This document shows positions 46,419 to 57,599 of a stretch of DNA of 64,000 nt, piece after piece (the stretch's first letter is position 1; every line of letters begins with the position of its first letter). The stretch covers positions 221,175 through 285,174 of the forward strand of contig OZ244716.1 of assembly GCA_965219025.1 (NCBI GenBank), written 5' to 3'. Position numbers and translations under genes: made by a program. The notes under the pieces were generated by a model. It saw only the letters and a program-made list of their open reading frames with translations, was not told the origin of the DNA and did not search any database. Source of the stretch: Dehalococcoidia bacterium (GTDB taxonomy: Bacteria; Chloroflexota; Dehalococcoidia; Lucifugimonadales; UBA2985).

Positions 46419-48809
46419 ATGCGGCCAGCAAGAGGCCCGATTGCGATAACGATAGTCGCTCTTCTCCTCCTCGCGTCCTGTAGCGAACCCCCGACTCCGG
46501 TATTCGTACCCACGCCTACGCCGACCGCCATACTCACACCCACTCCAACCGCCACGCCATCACCCACGCCTGCTCCGACTGCCATGCCATCACCCACGCC
46601 TGCTCCGACCGCCATGCCCACACCCACTCCAACCGCCACGGCATCACCCACTCCTGCCCCAACCGCCATGCCCACACCCACTCCAACGGCCACTCCATCA
46701 CCCACGCCTACTCCAACCGCCATGCCTACACCCACTCCAACAGCCACGCCATCACCCACGCCTACTCCGACCGCCGTACCTACACCTACTATGACTCCCC
46801 AAGAGACCGCTGCCACGCGTCTCGGCGAAATAGTCCCGTGGTTCAGCGACCCCCGGCATGACTTTCACAGGAAAGTCGCGAACTATCTCACTGATCTCTG
46901 GCTAAGAGACCGCAACCTTGCTGAAGCTGTGGCGCGGTTGGAGTGGGTCGTGGATGGCATCGTATGGACAGAGGAGTTAGTCCTTCAACATGTCAGTAAC
47001 CACCCTGAAGTGATGAAGCAATTGTTGGGCGTCCCTTGGTTTGTTGATGGGATAACGCATAACGAAGGGCAATTGCTATTTCGGCTGGCGTACAATGGTT
47101 TTGAAGAGCCGTACTTCTCATGGGTTCTACAGACAGCAGAATACACCTCTGCAGGGGATCTTCGCTCCTTCCTTCTAAGGGCCTTCCGTCAATTCGGCTA
47201 CAATGGCCTCACGAAGCCGAAGAATATTGATCAGCTTATGGCTCAATCCTGGATCAATGATGGCTTGGACGATGATGAGGCAGCCCTGCTGGTATACCTA
47301 GGATTCGCTGTCGCGTCTGGCGCGGAGTTCAACGACGCTCTCGACTCTTATGACGTGCAGTCTGCCTCTATTACTCTACCTCTGGCAGGAGACGTCACTA
47401 TCCGGGCCTTTCAGGAAGGCCCGTTCGCCCCGGATGACAACCTCCTCGAAATTGCGGTGAATGCTACGCCGGTGATTGAAGAAGTGATGGGAATTCCTCT
47501 TCCAACGACGGATATAATCCTGATTGTCCATCCCGATTTGGATTTTTCCGGAATGTATTCCTATGCGTCCTTGTTCATCCGTGAGTACTGGGCGGTTCCT
47601 CACGAGATCGCCCACTACTACACGGATGCCAACAATGCACCCAGCTGGCTCAAAGAAGGCACTGCAGAGTTTGCAGAAGCTTATGTGAACGACAGGACCG
47701 GAGTCGAGAGTCTTGACAACAGCCGATTGAGGCTATTAGACGGGGTCAGGAATTGCAGAGAACACAGTATGATCGAGCATCTATCGCACTTGTCAACCGT
47801 GAATGAGCTCGGCTTCGGCTGTTACTACTCGATGGGTGAGGACTTCTTGCACAGGGTGGTTGATTTGATCGGTCTTGAGGCGATGCAATCCATTCTGAAG
47901 GAACTATACCCTATGGAGAGAGTCCAAACAAGGAATGAACAAGCTATCAATATAAAATTCATAAGGGATGTTGATAATAGCGAGCATGTCATCTACCGAA
48001 CCTTTCTGAAGCATACACCACCAGAGTTGCGGGAGCAGTTTCGAGATCTTCACCGCCGGCTCCACGGCGGCCCGTTCTCACCACCATACTTGGACCGCCC
48101 GGATGACCACGGGGATCAGGCCTCTGAGGCTTCCCAGATAGTCGTCGGCGATGCGGTTGAGGGCAGATTGGATTACGAGTTTGATTTCGACTACTTCAGC
48201 TTCCGAGCGGATGCGGATCAGAAGTACCAAGTAAGCGTCACTCACGAGACCTTGCGTCCCACCAGCGTCTACCTGTTCGCTCCTGACGGCCAAACTCTGG
48301 AGATTATAGGCAAGCAATCGACGCCTTACGGACCAAAGATACTCTGGGTTGCGCCGCGCTCCGGCGCTTACCACTTTGTGGTGCACAACTTCGGTGATCA
48401 TACCGGCACATATGAGTTTACGATAAAAATCCATACTCCCCCGATAGACGACCATGGCGATACCTTGGCCGACGCCACCGGCATACTCCTCAATGAGGTT
48501 GTTAAAGGCACTTTGGACGATGGTCTTGATTTTGACTACTTTTGGATTGATGTTGAAGCGAACCAATGGTACCGCATATACCGCATGTATACCTCCGAGG
48601 ATCGTGGCGGTATTTTTTGGCTGTACTATTCAGACGAGACATGGGCCATGGAGGAGGTGCGAGAATTCCGTGGGGAAGTCAACGGACAAAGCTATCTCTT
48701 TGTGCCGGCTACCTCCGGGAGACGGTATTTCTCCATTGAGGCCCGTGGAGAAGCAGTTGCTGCCTACACCGTGATCATCCGGCAAGAACCAATTCCACAG
48801 GACACCTAA
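46419..48809 (+). CDS. lipoprotein with Thr/Pro-rich tandem-repeat linker, HExxH metalloprotease-like core and two C-terminal pre-peptidase (PPC)-like domains
   Basis: Lipobox LLASC. About 100 aa of ([13 protein letters not shown][AT]PTAM)n. [11 protein letters not shown] carries HExxH. Two DDHGD...G.LD...DFDYF...Y modules are typical of PPC domains. Confidence 0.8.
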   Translation: MRPARGPIAITIVALLLLASCSEPPTPVFVPTPTPTAILTPTPTATPSPTPAPTAMPSPTPAPTAMPTPTPTATASPTPAPTAMPTPTPTATPSPTPTPTAMPTPTPTATPSPTPTPTAVPTPTMTPQETAATRLGEIVPWFSDPRHDFHRKVANYLTDLWLRDRNLAEAVARLEWVVDGIVWTEELVLQHVSNHPEVMKQLLGVPWFVDGITHNEGQLLFRLAYNGFEEPYFSWVLQTAEYTSAGDLRSFLLRAFRQFGYNGLTKPKNIDQLMAQSWINDGLDDDEAALLVYLGFAVASGAEFNDALDSYDVQSASITLPLAGDVTIRAFQEGPFAPDDNLLEIAVNATPVIEEVMGIPLPTTDIILIVHPDLDFSGMYSYASLFIREYWAVPHEIAHYYTDANNAPSWLKEGTAEFAEAYVNDRTGVESLDNSRLRLLDGVRNCREHSMIEHLSHLSTVNELGFGCYYSMGEDFLHRVVDLIGLEAMQSILKELYPMERVQTRNEQAINIKFIRDVDNSEHVIYRTFLKHTPPELREQFRDLHRRLHGGPFSPPYLDRPDDHGDQASEASQIVVGDAVEGRLDYEFDFDYFSFRADADQKYQVSVTHETLRPTSVYLFAPDGQTLEIIGKQSTPYGPKILWVAPRSGAYHFVVHNFGDHTGTYEFTIKIHTPPIDDHGDTLADATGILLNEVVKGTLDDGLDFDYFWIDVEANQWYRIYRMYTSEDRGGIFWLYYSDETWAMEEVREFRGEVNGQSYLFVPATSGRRYFSIEARGEAVAAYTVIIRQEPIPQDT
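46488..46800 (+). repeat. coding tandem repeat (about 54-bp unit, with a 30-bp sub-unit) encoding the Thr/Pro linker
   Basis: Near-identical units such as acacccactccaac[cg]gccac[gt]ccatcacccacgcct[ga]ctcc[ga]ac[ct]gccatgcc recur 3-4 times. Confidence 0.85.
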
Positions 48810-48943
48810 ATCCAGCAGCCCAGCCAAGCCCTCCCATATTTGAGCAAATGGCGCTCCGAATCAAGTGAGAGGTCAGAGCAGGAGCACAGCGCAACCACTG
48901 CCGCAGTTCCCTAGACTTTACGCATTGGCAAGGCTGTGCTAGA

Positions 48944-49594
48944 ATGCCGCAATCGAATACGCTCAGGCGTCAGGTGTATCAATTGCGGGTAATCGCTGGA
49001 GAGGCTAAAGGTCGTCGCATAGCCAGTCGCAAGAGGCTGGGCGCACGACCCACCACCGAGAGAGTACGGTCGTCCTTGTTCTCAATCCTGGAGTCCAACG
49101 GCCTGGAGGGCAAGCGCGTCATCGACCTCTACGCCGGAACTGGCACTCTGGGAATCGAGGCTCTGAGCCGCGGCGCTGAGTGGGCCGACTTCGTCGAGGA
49201 CAACCCGAAGCGGTGCGCCCTGCTGCGGCGCAGCCTGTCCGAAATGCAGTTTACCGAACGCTCCCGCGTCTACTGCATGAAGGTGGAGCGGGCCATCAAG
49301 TCCCTCGACGGCGCCTACGACATTGTCCTCATGGACCCCCCTTACACCCTGGGGCCGGTGCACCACGTCATGGAGAAGGTGGGAACCCTGGCGCGAGAGG
49401 GGGGCATTGTGGCAGCCGGCCACTCCAAGCATCACGCCCTTGAAGCCGAGTACGGCGGCCTGGGACTGGTGCGTGAACGCAGGCACGGCGATACCGTCTG
49501 CTCGATCTATCAGGCCACCTCTCAGACCGAGACGCGCGCCGGGCGGCCGGCAGCGCAACAGGCCGCTCAACAGGAAGGAGGGGAGGTTTGGTAA
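48944..49594 (+). CDS. rsmD: 16S rRNA (guanine966-N2)-methyltransferase
   Basis: RVIAGEAKGRRI...RPTTERVRSSLFSIL...DLYAGTGTLGIEALSRGA...VLMDPPY. The true start may be the TTG at 48983 (MRVIAGE, AGGTG upstream), because the ATG at 48944 overlaps a TGcTAGAAT extended -10 element (48937-48945). Confidence 0.9.
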   Translation: MPQSNTLRRQVYQLRVIAGEAKGRRIASRKRLGARPTTERVRSSLFSILESNGLEGKRVIDLYAGTGTLGIEALSRGAEWADFVEDNPKRCALLRRSLSEMQFTERSRVYCMKVERAIKSLDGAYDIVLMDPPYTLGPVHHVMEKVGTLAREGGIVAAGHSKHHALEAEYGGLGLVRERRHGDTVCSIYQATSQTETRAGRPAAQQAAQQEGGEVW

Positions 49595-50070
49595 CCGCCC
49601 TGTATCCAGGCAGCTTTGACCCCATAACCTTTGGGCACATGGATATTGCTACGAGGTCGGCCGCGCTCTTCGACAAAGTGTACGTTGCCGTGGTGGACAC
49701 CCGCTCCTCCAAGTCAATCATGTTCAACACCGAAGAACGTCTGGAGCTTTGCAAGAACGCCCTCTGCGACTTCCCCAACATCGAGGTCATTCCATACACC
49801 GGACTCACAGTGAACCTGGCGCACAAGCTGGGAGCCGCCGTTATGGTCAGAGGGCTCCGCATGGGTTCCGACTTCGAGTATGAGTGCGAGATGGCTCTCA
49901 ACAATCAGAAGTTGGCGTCGGACGTGGACACACTCTACCTGATGGCCAGCCTGGACCACATCTACATAAAGTCCAGTCTCATCAAGGAAATTGCGGCCGG
50001 GGAAGGCAATATCAGCCACCTGGTCCCAAATAATGTGGCGGTAGCCCTTCGGGACAGATATCGCTCCTGA
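49588..50070 (+). CDS. coaD: phosphopantetheine adenylyltransferase
   Basis: ALYPGSFDPITFGHMDI...VRGLR...DFEYE...SSLIKEI. Confidence 0.96.
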   Translation: MVTALYPGSFDPITFGHMDIATRSAALFDKVYVAVVDTRSSKSIMFNTEERLELCKNALCDFPNIEVIPYTGLTVNLAHKLGAAVMVRGLRMGSDFEYECEMALNNQKLASDVDTLYLMASLDHIYIKSSLIKEIAAGEGNISHLVPNNVAVALRDRYRS

Positions 50071-50100
50071 GCTTAGGCGCCGCCTGAAAGGTGGATAGCC

Positions 50101-50580
50101 ATGAACATTGCCAGTCTTATGGAGAAGCTGGAGGAACTGGTCAGTACCGGCACGGGGGTTCCCGCAACCGGGAAGGTACTTGTCGACAAGGAGAAGATGG
50201 CGGAGCTTGTGAGCCAGATACAGTCCGCCCTTCCGGCAGACCTCCAGGAGGCCCAGGAGTTTCTTCAGATGCGGGAGAACCTCATCAACCAGGCTCTGTC
50301 CGAGGCGCGACGAATCAGGACGTCCTCCGAGGATGAGGCTCGCTCCCGCGTGAAGGAGAGCGAAGTTCTCAGGGAGGCCCACAAGCAGTCAGAGGACATT
50401 GTAGCCGAGGCCCAACGAAGAGCACAGCGGGTTCTGGAAGAAGCGGACATGCAGGCCAACTCACGGCGAGCGGACGCCGACAGATACGCTCAGGCCACTC
50501 TCACGAAGCTGGAAGAGGAGCTGTCCAATGTCCTCACCACCATCCGGCACGGCATCGATGCCATGTCCACGGCCAGATAG
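50101..50580 (+). CDS. coiled-coil hypothetical protein (159 aa)
   Basis: ATG ORF downstream of coaD. Highly charged heptad-like sequence (EARRIRTSSEDEARSRVKESEVLREAHKQSEDIVAEAQRRAQ). No enzymatic motif. Confidence 0.6.
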   Translation: MNIASLMEKLEELVSTGTGVPATGKVLVDKEKMAELVSQIQSALPADLQEAQEFLQMRENLINQALSEARRIRTSSEDEARSRVKESEVLREAHKQSEDIVAEAQRRAQRVLEEADMQANSRRADADRYAQATLTKLEEELSNVLTTIRHGIDAMSTAR

Positions 50581-50651
50581 GCCTCAGCCTGGCGCTATGG
50601 CGGGCTCGCCCGCTCACGACTCCGTGCGAAGCACCCCGGTGCAGTTGGTGT

Positions 50652-51233
50652 GTGGGGCGCGGCGGGACCACGAAAGAGCCTAAGTCGTCTATGACCCCGA
50701 GCACAGGCAGGGCGGTATTTTCGCGGCTCCTGCTGCCGGGGGCACTCCTGGGATTCCTGGCAGTGCTCTCCGCGTGCGCAACGGAGGCGGGGCCATCGGC
50801 ATCTCAAGATCTTGAGGTCGTTGCCCAGGGCATCGACAAGAACCTCATGTGCCCGATCTGTCCCAGCGAGACCATCGACCAGTCCCAAACGGAAATTGCC
50901 GAACAGATGAGGCGCACCGTGCGCGAGAGGCTCGCCGAGGGCGAGAGCCGTGACGAGGTACTCCGGTTCTTCGTGGAGCGTTACGGCGAAGAGATCCTCT
51001 CTGCGCCGCCAAAGAGTGGGTTCAACCTCCTGGCCTGGCTTGTTCCTCCGCTCGCACTGCTCATCGGAGGCGGTTCGCTGGCGCTGGTCCTGAGAGCCAT
51101 GCGCCGTGAGCACCACCGCATCTCTGAAGCACCTTCGCAGGGCGCGGCAGGGCTGGAGACCTACCTATCCGCGGTTGACCGCGATATACGCAACCTGACC
51201 GCCGAGGATGGCGGCGGAAGCGGTAAGGGATAG
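50652..51233 (+). CDS. ccmH: CcmH/CycL-type cytochrome c maturation protein
   Basis: LMCPICPSETIDQSQTEIAEQMRRTVRERLAEGESRDEVLRFFVERYGEEIL followed by a TM helix. CxxC thiol motif. An alternative ATG at 50691 is possible. Confidence 0.8.
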   Translation: MGRGGTTKEPKSSMTPSTGRAVFSRLLLPGALLGFLAVLSACATEAGPSASQDLEVVAQGIDKNLMCPICPSETIDQSQTEIAEQMRRTVRERLAEGESRDEVLRFFVERYGEEILSAPPKSGFNLLAWLVPPLALLIGGGSLALVLRAMRREHHRISEAPSQGAAGLETYLSAVDRDIRNLTAEDGGGSGKG

Positions 51234-51240
51234 CTGCGGA

Positions 51241-53247
51241 ATGGCCGATCTCGGTTATATTTGCCTGCTCATTGCGCTGGCGCTGGCCATATACTCCCCC
51301 GTGGCTTCAATGGCGGGAGTGCGGCTGGGCAGCCAGCAGCTGACACTGAGCGCACGGCGGGCAGTCCTCCTCGCGCCGGTTGCGCTCGCAGTTTCCACGG
51401 CCGGCCTGGTGGGCGCATTCGTGAACGCCGACTTCTCGGTGTCCTACGTGGCCGAGCACAGCAACCGCGCCATGGCGCCACAATACATCTGGGTTGCATT
51501 CTACGCCGGAAATGAAGGATCGCTTCTCTTCATCGCATTTGCCCTTTCCGTCCTGGCAGCGCTTGCGGTGTACTTCGCCCCAGCCTCGTTGCGTCCAAGC
51601 ATGCCGCACATCGGCGCCGTACTCATGCTCGTGCTGCTCTTCTTTCTGGCGGTAATGGTCTTCCTCGCAAACCCCTTTGCTCGGCTCGAATTCGTGCCTC
51701 CCGACGGCCGCGGCATCAACCCGCTTTTGACGCATCCGGGCATGTTCGTGCACCCGCCCATGCTGATGACCGGTCTAATCTCCTTCGCCGTGCCGTTCTC
51801 GATTGCGATGGGCTCGCTCCTTGCCGGACGCACCGCCGACGAGTGGGTCGACGCCGGCAGGACGTGGGGCATAATCTCGTGGGCGCTGCTGGGCGTCGGC
51901 CTGCTGCTGGGAGGATGGTGGGCATACACGATCCTGGGTTGGGGTGGGTACTGGGCGTGGGACCCGGTGGAGAACGCTGGATTCATGCCCTGGCTGGTGA
52001 TTACCGCCTTCATCCACTCGATCATGGTTCAGAAACGCCGGGGCATGTTCCGCATGTGGAACCTCGCGCTGCTCATCATCGCGTTCGGGTTCGCACAGTT
52101 CGGAATGTTCATCAATCGAGGCGGGCCGGTCCCCTCCGTCCACTCATTCGGCCAGTCCACGCTCGGCTGGATCTTCCTGGCATTCATGGGCGCCACGATG
52201 GTCGTTTCTTTCGCCGTGTTCTTCTGGCGGTACAACAGCCTGAAGAGCGCACAGACCCTGGAGTCCTCGCTGTCCCGCGAGGCTGCGTTCCTGGTGAACA
52301 ACCTGCTGTTTCTGGGAGTTGCATTCGTAACGCTTTGGGGCGTTGTGTATCCCCTTGTATCCGAGCTGTTCCAGGGCGAGATCGTGACGGTGGGCCAGCC
52401 ATTCTACAACCAGGTCAACGGCCCCATCTTCCTGCTTCTCATCCTGCTCATGGGCGTGGCCCCGTACATTCCCTGGCGACACGCGGGCTGGGCCAGCCTT
52501 AGGCGCGCCCTACTGGTGCCTGCCGGCGCCGCCGTGGTGGCGGTCGCGGGCCTGCTTCTGATAGGCGTGTACATACCCTGGGCGCTCATCTCGTACGGCC
52601 TGTGCGCGTTCGTGACGGCGGGCATACTGCGCGAGTGGGCCAGGGGAGCGCATGCCCGGCACCGGCGCGGCGAGAGCTACCCCGTCGCCTTTGGCAGGCT
52701 TATTGCCGCCAACCGGCCCCGGTATGGTGGATACGTTGTCCACCTGGCGGTCGTGCTGCTGGCGCTGGGCGTGACCGGCTCCTCCTTCTACGGAATCCAG
52801 CGTGACATCGCCCTCTCGCCGGGCGAGTCAGCCGACGTGGGCGAGTACACAGTCAAGTACATCGGAGCCTCCGCAAGAACATTCTCCGACCGCACCGAGG
52901 CAACGGCGGAGGTGCAGGCGTTCCGCGGCGACACCTTCCTGGGCACTTACTACCCGCGACGTGACTTCTACCCGAGCTTCAATATCGCCTCAACGCTGGC
53001 AGCCATACGGTCCACTCCCCTTGAGGACCTGTACATCATCCCTGGAGAGTTGCTCGACGACGGACGCACAATCCTCCGGGTTTACGTGAACCCGCTGGTG
53101 ATGTGGATGTGGGTCGCCGGGCCGCTGCTGATCGTGGGCGTAACGGTGGCTCTATGGCCTCAGAGAGAACAAGCCGCCGCCTACGCTTTCTCCCCCGGCG
53201 GATTGGCTGCCGGGACCGGGAGAAGGCCGGAGGCCTCCGCCGGCTGA
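51241..53247 (+). CDS. ccmF: cytochrome c-type biogenesis protein CcmF (heme lyase subunit)
   Basis: Polytopic protein with WGGYWAWDPVENAGFMPWL (WWD domain) and conserved His. I chose the ATG at 51241 (MADLGYICLL). Confidence 0.93.
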   Translation: MADLGYICLLIALALAIYSPVASMAGVRLGSQQLTLSARRAVLLAPVALAVSTAGLVGAFVNADFSVSYVAEHSNRAMAPQYIWVAFYAGNEGSLLFIAFALSVLAALAVYFAPASLRPSMPHIGAVLMLVLLFFLAVMVFLANPFARLEFVPPDGRGINPLLTHPGMFVHPPMLMTGLISFAVPFSIAMGSLLAGRTADEWVDAGRTWGIISWALLGVGLLLGGWWAYTILGWGGYWAWDPVENAGFMPWLVITAFIHSIMVQKRRGMFRMWNLALLIIAFGFAQFGMFINRGGPVPSVHSFGQSTLGWIFLAFMGATMVVSFAVFFWRYNSLKSAQTLESSLSREAAFLVNNLLFLGVAFVTLWGVVYPLVSELFQGEIVTVGQPFYNQVNGPIFLLLILLMGVAPYIPWRHAGWASLRRALLVPAGAAVVAVAGLLLIGVYIPWALISYGLCAFVTAGILREWARGAHARHRRGESYPVAFGRLIAANRPRYGGYVVHLAVVLLALGVTGSSFYGIQRDIALSPGESADVGEYTVKYIGASARTFSDRTEATAEVQAFRGDTFLGTYYPRRDFYPSFNIASTLAAIRSTPLEDLYIIPGELLDDGRTILRVYVNPLVMWMWVAGPLLIVGVTVALWPQREQAAAYAFSPGGLAAGTGRRPEASAG

Positions 53248-53302
53248 CCTCCATGAGCGCAGTTCGCACTTTCCGTGCCGGGACAACCGGCGCATCGTAG
53301 CC

Positions 53303-53767
53303 ATGCCGTACCTGCTCGGCCTACTGCTGGCTCTCTCGGCCGCTGCTCTCATTGCGTGGCCACTTATACGCTCCCGGCGTGCCTCGCCCCTACCACGTCC
53401 CAGCGCGCTCGACGCGCTGCGGGAGGTCCGGCGCCAACGGAACCAAGTGTACGACGACATCCAAACCCTGGGGCTGGATCGTGAGCTCGGACACGTAGCC
53501 GCGGACCAGTACTCGGAGGCGTTCGAGGCGCACCGACTACGCGCCGCCCTTCTTCTCAGGCAGGAGGAGGAGATGATGGCTGAGCTTGCGCCAAGAATGA
53601 ACGAAATCGAAGACGAGGTGCTGACCTACAGACAGGCAAACGGCAGCGTTATCAAGACGATTGAATGCGAGGACTGCGGCCGTCCCCAGGACGCCGACGC
53701 CCCGCTCTGCCCGCGCTGCACGACGGACAGCATCGGCCTTGCAGGCGCGGCCCCGGAGGCGGAGTGA
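53303..53767 (+). CDS. membrane-anchored hypothetical protein with C-terminal CxxC...CxxC zinc ribbon
   Basis: N-terminal TM LLGLLLALSAAALIAWPL, a coiled-coil middle region, and CEDCGRPQDADAPLCPRC at the C-terminus. Embedded in the ccm cluster. Confidence 0.6.
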   Translation: MPYLLGLLLALSAAALIAWPLIRSRRASPLPRPSALDALREVRRQRNQVYDDIQTLGLDRELGHVAADQYSEAFEAHRLRAALLLRQEEEMMAELAPRMNEIEDEVLTYRQANGSVIKTIECEDCGRPQDADAPLCPRCTTDSIGLAGAAPEAE

Positions 53768-54971
53768 GCCGAGCGTTCGCGGCCGCTCTTGCGTGCCTGG
53801 CGCTGGCCTCGGCGCTGGAGTTGAGCTCGCCGACCGCCTCGCTCGCGCAGGTCACGACGGACATCGAAGGACGCGTGGTCAACGGCACCGCCGGGGAGGA
53901 GGCGCCCTTCGGGCTCACCGTGACGCTGAGCGTGTTCAGGCTCGGCGACCTGCAGGACACACGCGAAACGGTCACCGGCGCCAACGGCGGCTTCGCATTC
54001 ATCGACGTGCCCGGCGGCGAGGGTCACGGCTACATCCTCAGCGCCGAATTCGGAGGCATCGTCTATACCTACGAGCGCGACTACCCGCTGCCTGAGGAGC
54101 CGGTCTCCCTCATGATCTACGAGAGCACTGACAGCCGCGACTCCATTTCGGTGTCCTCGCACAGCCTGGTGGTTGGCGGCGTCGACCCCGACAGCCAGAC
54201 CGTCGAGATTCTCGAGCTTGTGGGCCTCGAGAACAGCGGTGATCGCTCCTTCCTGGCCGACCTGTCGCAGGCGCAGGCCGGACAGATGGCCTTCCTACGC
54301 TTCACGCTGCCCACGACCGTCACGGACCTGGACGTGCAGAGCAGCATGAGGGGAGGCACCATCCTGCAGGTGGACCGCGGCTTCGCGATGACAACGCCCG
54401 TCAAGCCAGGCGAACACGAAATCGCCTACAGCTTCCGCACCTCGTACTCGGCCGGCAGGCTAACATTCGACCACGGCCTGCCCTTTGGTGCGGCGGCCTT
54501 CCGCGTGCTCCTGCCGGAGGGCGTGGGCCGCGTTTCGAGCCAAGAGCTACAGGAGATGGAGCCGCTTACGCTGGGCGACAGGACGTACCAGGGACTGGAG
54601 GGAAATGACCTACAGGCCGGCGCGCGTGTGGTGCTCAACTTCACCGATCTACCCCAGCCTTCGCTGTTGGCCCGTGTGCGGGCTGCCGCCACGGATGACG
54701 CATTCGTGCTGGTGTCGATTCCGATCGCGCTTGGCGCGTGGCTTCTGGCGCTGCTGGGATACGTGCTGCTGCGCTCCGGGCGGCCTGCCTCAGCCGCCGC
54801 AGGTGTTCAGGCCGACCGCGCCGCCGTCATAAGCTCCATCGCCCTTCTCGACGACCGGTTCCGCAATGGCGAGATCGAGCGGCAGGAGTACCTTCGCGAG
54901 AGGTGGGAGCTGAAGGACAGGCTGCTGATGCCCGCGGAGAGCGACGGGCACGAACAGGGGGAACCGAAGGC

Positions 54972-54975
<4 letters not shown>
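53764..54975 (+). CDS. secreted, C-terminally membrane-anchored hypothetical protein (CarboxypepD_reg-like N-terminal domain)
   Basis: The GTG at 53764 overlaps the upstream stop (GTGA). Signal peptide AAALACLALASALE. IEGRVVNGTAGEEAPFGLTVTL...GANGGFAFIDVP resembles carboxypeptidase-regulatory-like beta-sandwiches. C-terminal TM followed by LDDRFRNGEIERQEYLRERWELKDRL (SHOCT-like). Confidence 0.6.
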
Positions 54976-55531
<556 letters not shown>

Positions 55532-55535
<4 letters not shown>

Positions 55536-56041
55536 ACCGGCGGGTCGCCGTCCCTGAACAGCCTCCACCACGCCCGCAGTATCTCCCGGTCTCTGTCGAA
55601 TGCCAGCGGCGGCAGCGAGTCCGGCGCGAAGTAGCCGAGCTGCGATACCTCCGGGCCCGGTGCAGCGTCACCCCGCACGCTGTGGCAGTGGTAGGCGGCG
55701 ACCACGACTGGATGTCCCGACTCTGCGAAAAGGCCCACCAATCCTGTTATCTCGACGCGAAGTCCTGTCTCCTCCAGCACCTCCCTGGCCGCAGCCTGCT
55801 CCACGACCTCTCCCCTGTCCACGTAGCCGCCGGGCAGGCTCCAGAGGCCGTAGCCGGGCTGCGTGAGCCTCCGCACGAATAGCACGCGTCCGTCCGACTC
55901 CACAACGGTGGTGGCCGCCAGCTTGGGATCGTAGAAGACGACACGTCCGCAGGCGGCGCACACCGGCCGCTCCGCACCGTGCGCAACCCGCGCCTCAAGC
56001 GTCCCGCCGCACGATGGGCAGAACCGATCCTGCTGATTCAT
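55532..56041 (-). CDS. NUDIX hydrolase with N-terminal zinc ribbon
   Basis: MNQQDRFCPSCGG...CAACG; Nudix box GGYVDRGEVVEQAAAREVLEETG. Only the last 169 codons of the 527-aa track ORF are credible. Confidence 0.88.
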
Positions 56042-56128
56042 GGCGTTGACTATACCACACGCGAGCCCGTGTAGCTTTCGCTTCGCATTCCCTTGAAGCG
56101 CCGGACACGGCAGACTAGAATATGGTGT

Positions 56129-57244
56129 ATGAAGATCCTCGCGATTGACGTTGGAACCGGCACCCAGGACATCCTCCTGTTCGATACGCGGCGCGCGGTC
56201 GAAAACTCCGTGCAGCTCGTGATGCCGGCTCCAACCGTGATCGCCGCGCAGCGAGTTCGAAACGCCACCGAAACCCGAAGCGGCGTGGTGTTCACAGGCG
56301 TGAACATGGGTGGCGGGCCCGTAACAGGCGCGCTCTCCGACCACATAGCCGCCGGTCTCTCCGCATTCGCAACACCTTCCGCCGCCGTGACCTTCGACGA
56401 CGACCTGGACGCCGTACGCCGTATGGGTGTGGCCATCGTATCGCAGGATGAGGCGGACCTCCTGCCGGTCGCGCACGTCCGCCTCGCCGACGTGGACCTG
56501 CTCATGGTGCAACGCGCCCTGCAGGCTTTCGAGGTGGAGCCGGAGTGGGACGCGCTGGCGATCGCCGTATTCGACCACGGCAACGCTCCGCCCGGATACA
56601 GCGACCGGAAGTACCGTTTTGACCACTTGCGAACGCAGGTGGAAACGGGAGGCTCGGAGGCCGCATCGTTCGTCTATCTCGCCCATGAGGTGCCGGACTA
56701 CCTGACCCGCATGAGGGCCGTGGTCGACACGGTGGGCGACGACGTACCGCTGCTCATGACCGACACGGCGGTTGCGGCCGTCCTTGGCTCGCTCGAGGAC
56801 CAGCACGTGGCCTCTCAGGAGTGCAAGGTGGTCGCCAACCTCGGAAACGAGCACACCCTCGCATTCCACCTTCACGGCGACGAGATACTGGGCATCCTGG
56901 AGCACCACACCCACGTGCTCAACCGTGAGCGGCTGGAGCAGCACCTGACCGACCTGGCGACGGGCACGTCCGACGGGGACGCCGTGTGGCGGGAGCAGGG
57001 CCACGGCGCGATAGTAGTCCGCGGCTGCGATGAGATTGGGTTCCTCAGCATCATCGGGCCCATGCGCGGCCTGATGGCGGGCTCCCGGCTGCAACCCTAC
57101 TTCGCAGCGCCCCACGGCTCCATGATGCTTGCAGGGTCGTTCGGCCTGGTAAGAGGTTGGGCAGAGCGAATGCCATCACATCGCGAGGAGATACTGCACG
57201 CGCTCCGCGCCGTGGGCGAGGATGCGGCGCATCACCACCACTGA
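56129..57244 (+). CDS. DUF1786-like ASKHA-fold protein (putative pyruvate formate-lyase-activase-associated family)
   Basis: MKILAIDVGTGTQDILLFD is a phosphate-1 motif typical of actin/sugar-kinase-fold proteins and of DUF1786 as I recall it. Confidence 0.6.
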   Translation: MKILAIDVGTGTQDILLFDTRRAVENSVQLVMPAPTVIAAQRVRNATETRSGVVFTGVNMGGGPVTGALSDHIAAGLSAFATPSAAVTFDDDLDAVRRMGVAIVSQDEADLLPVAHVRLADVDLLMVQRALQAFEVEPEWDALAIAVFDHGNAPPGYSDRKYRFDHLRTQVETGGSEAASFVYLAHEVPDYLTRMRAVVDTVGDDVPLLMTDTAVAAVLGSLEDQHVASQECKVVANLGNEHTLAFHLHGDEILGILEHHTHVLNRERLEQHLTDLATGTSDGDAVWREQGHGAIVVRGCDEIGFLSIIGPMRGLMAGSRLQPYFAAPHGSMMLAGSFGLVRGWAERMPSHREEILHALRAVGEDAAHHHH

Positions 57245-57266
57245 GCGGCGCCCGCCAACCACCACC

Positions 57267-57436
57267 GTCAAGTCGAGCGAAGCCTAGCGCAAGCGGAGCA
57301 CAGTCGAGGAATCTAGGACGTCCCGCTTAACTACGCGCCCCGCACGATAAGCGACTCTCACTGCTCTTGGGGCGCGGTGTGTATTGCCTCGGTAGGCCCT
57401 AGATTTCTCGACTCCGCTGCGCTCCGCTCGAAATGA
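57267..57436. repeat. composite palindromic REP/MITE-like element (family A arms in inverted orientation, ~80-nt spacer)
   Basis: Left arm ...gtcgagcgaagcctagcgcaagcggagcacagtcgaggaatctagg (57267-57317). Right arm cctagatttctcgactccgctgcgctccgctcgaaatgac (57398-57436). Confidence 0.65.
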
Positions 57437-57493
57437 CAGTGCTTAGGGGTGGCGTTCCTGTCGGAGGGCGCAGGAGGCATACGCGGATACCCG

Positions 57494-57599
57494 GCCCGCT
57501 CATGGTGAGCTCGTCGAACCATTTGAGCGGGCCATCGGCTACGTGAGACTGCCGTCCGATCGTATCTTTCGACAAGCTCAGGCCAACCGGACTACGTGA
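57494..57599. repeat. REP-like repeats, family B
   Basis: gcccgctcatggtgagctcgtcgaaccatttgagcgggc and ...ctttcgacaagctcaggccaaccggactacgtgatc are related to 43383-43505 (cttcgacgggctcagggtgagcgg..ctacgtgatc; gtgagcaagtcgaaccaattgagcgggc). Confidence 0.6.

Noticed and set aside
46376-46816. Periodic repeats that could suggest a CRISPR array, and a minus-strand (GVGV)n ORF
   Set aside because: The units are contiguous tandem repeats with no unique spacers. They lie in frame inside the lipoprotein gene and encode its Thr/Pro linker. The minus-strand ORF is the complement shadow.
56042-57115. N-terminal 358 residues of the 527-aa minus-strand ORF 55532-57115
   Set aside because: Only the last 169 codons form the zinc-ribbon NUDIX protein. 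The upstream part is antisense to the DUF1786-like gene and has no motifs.
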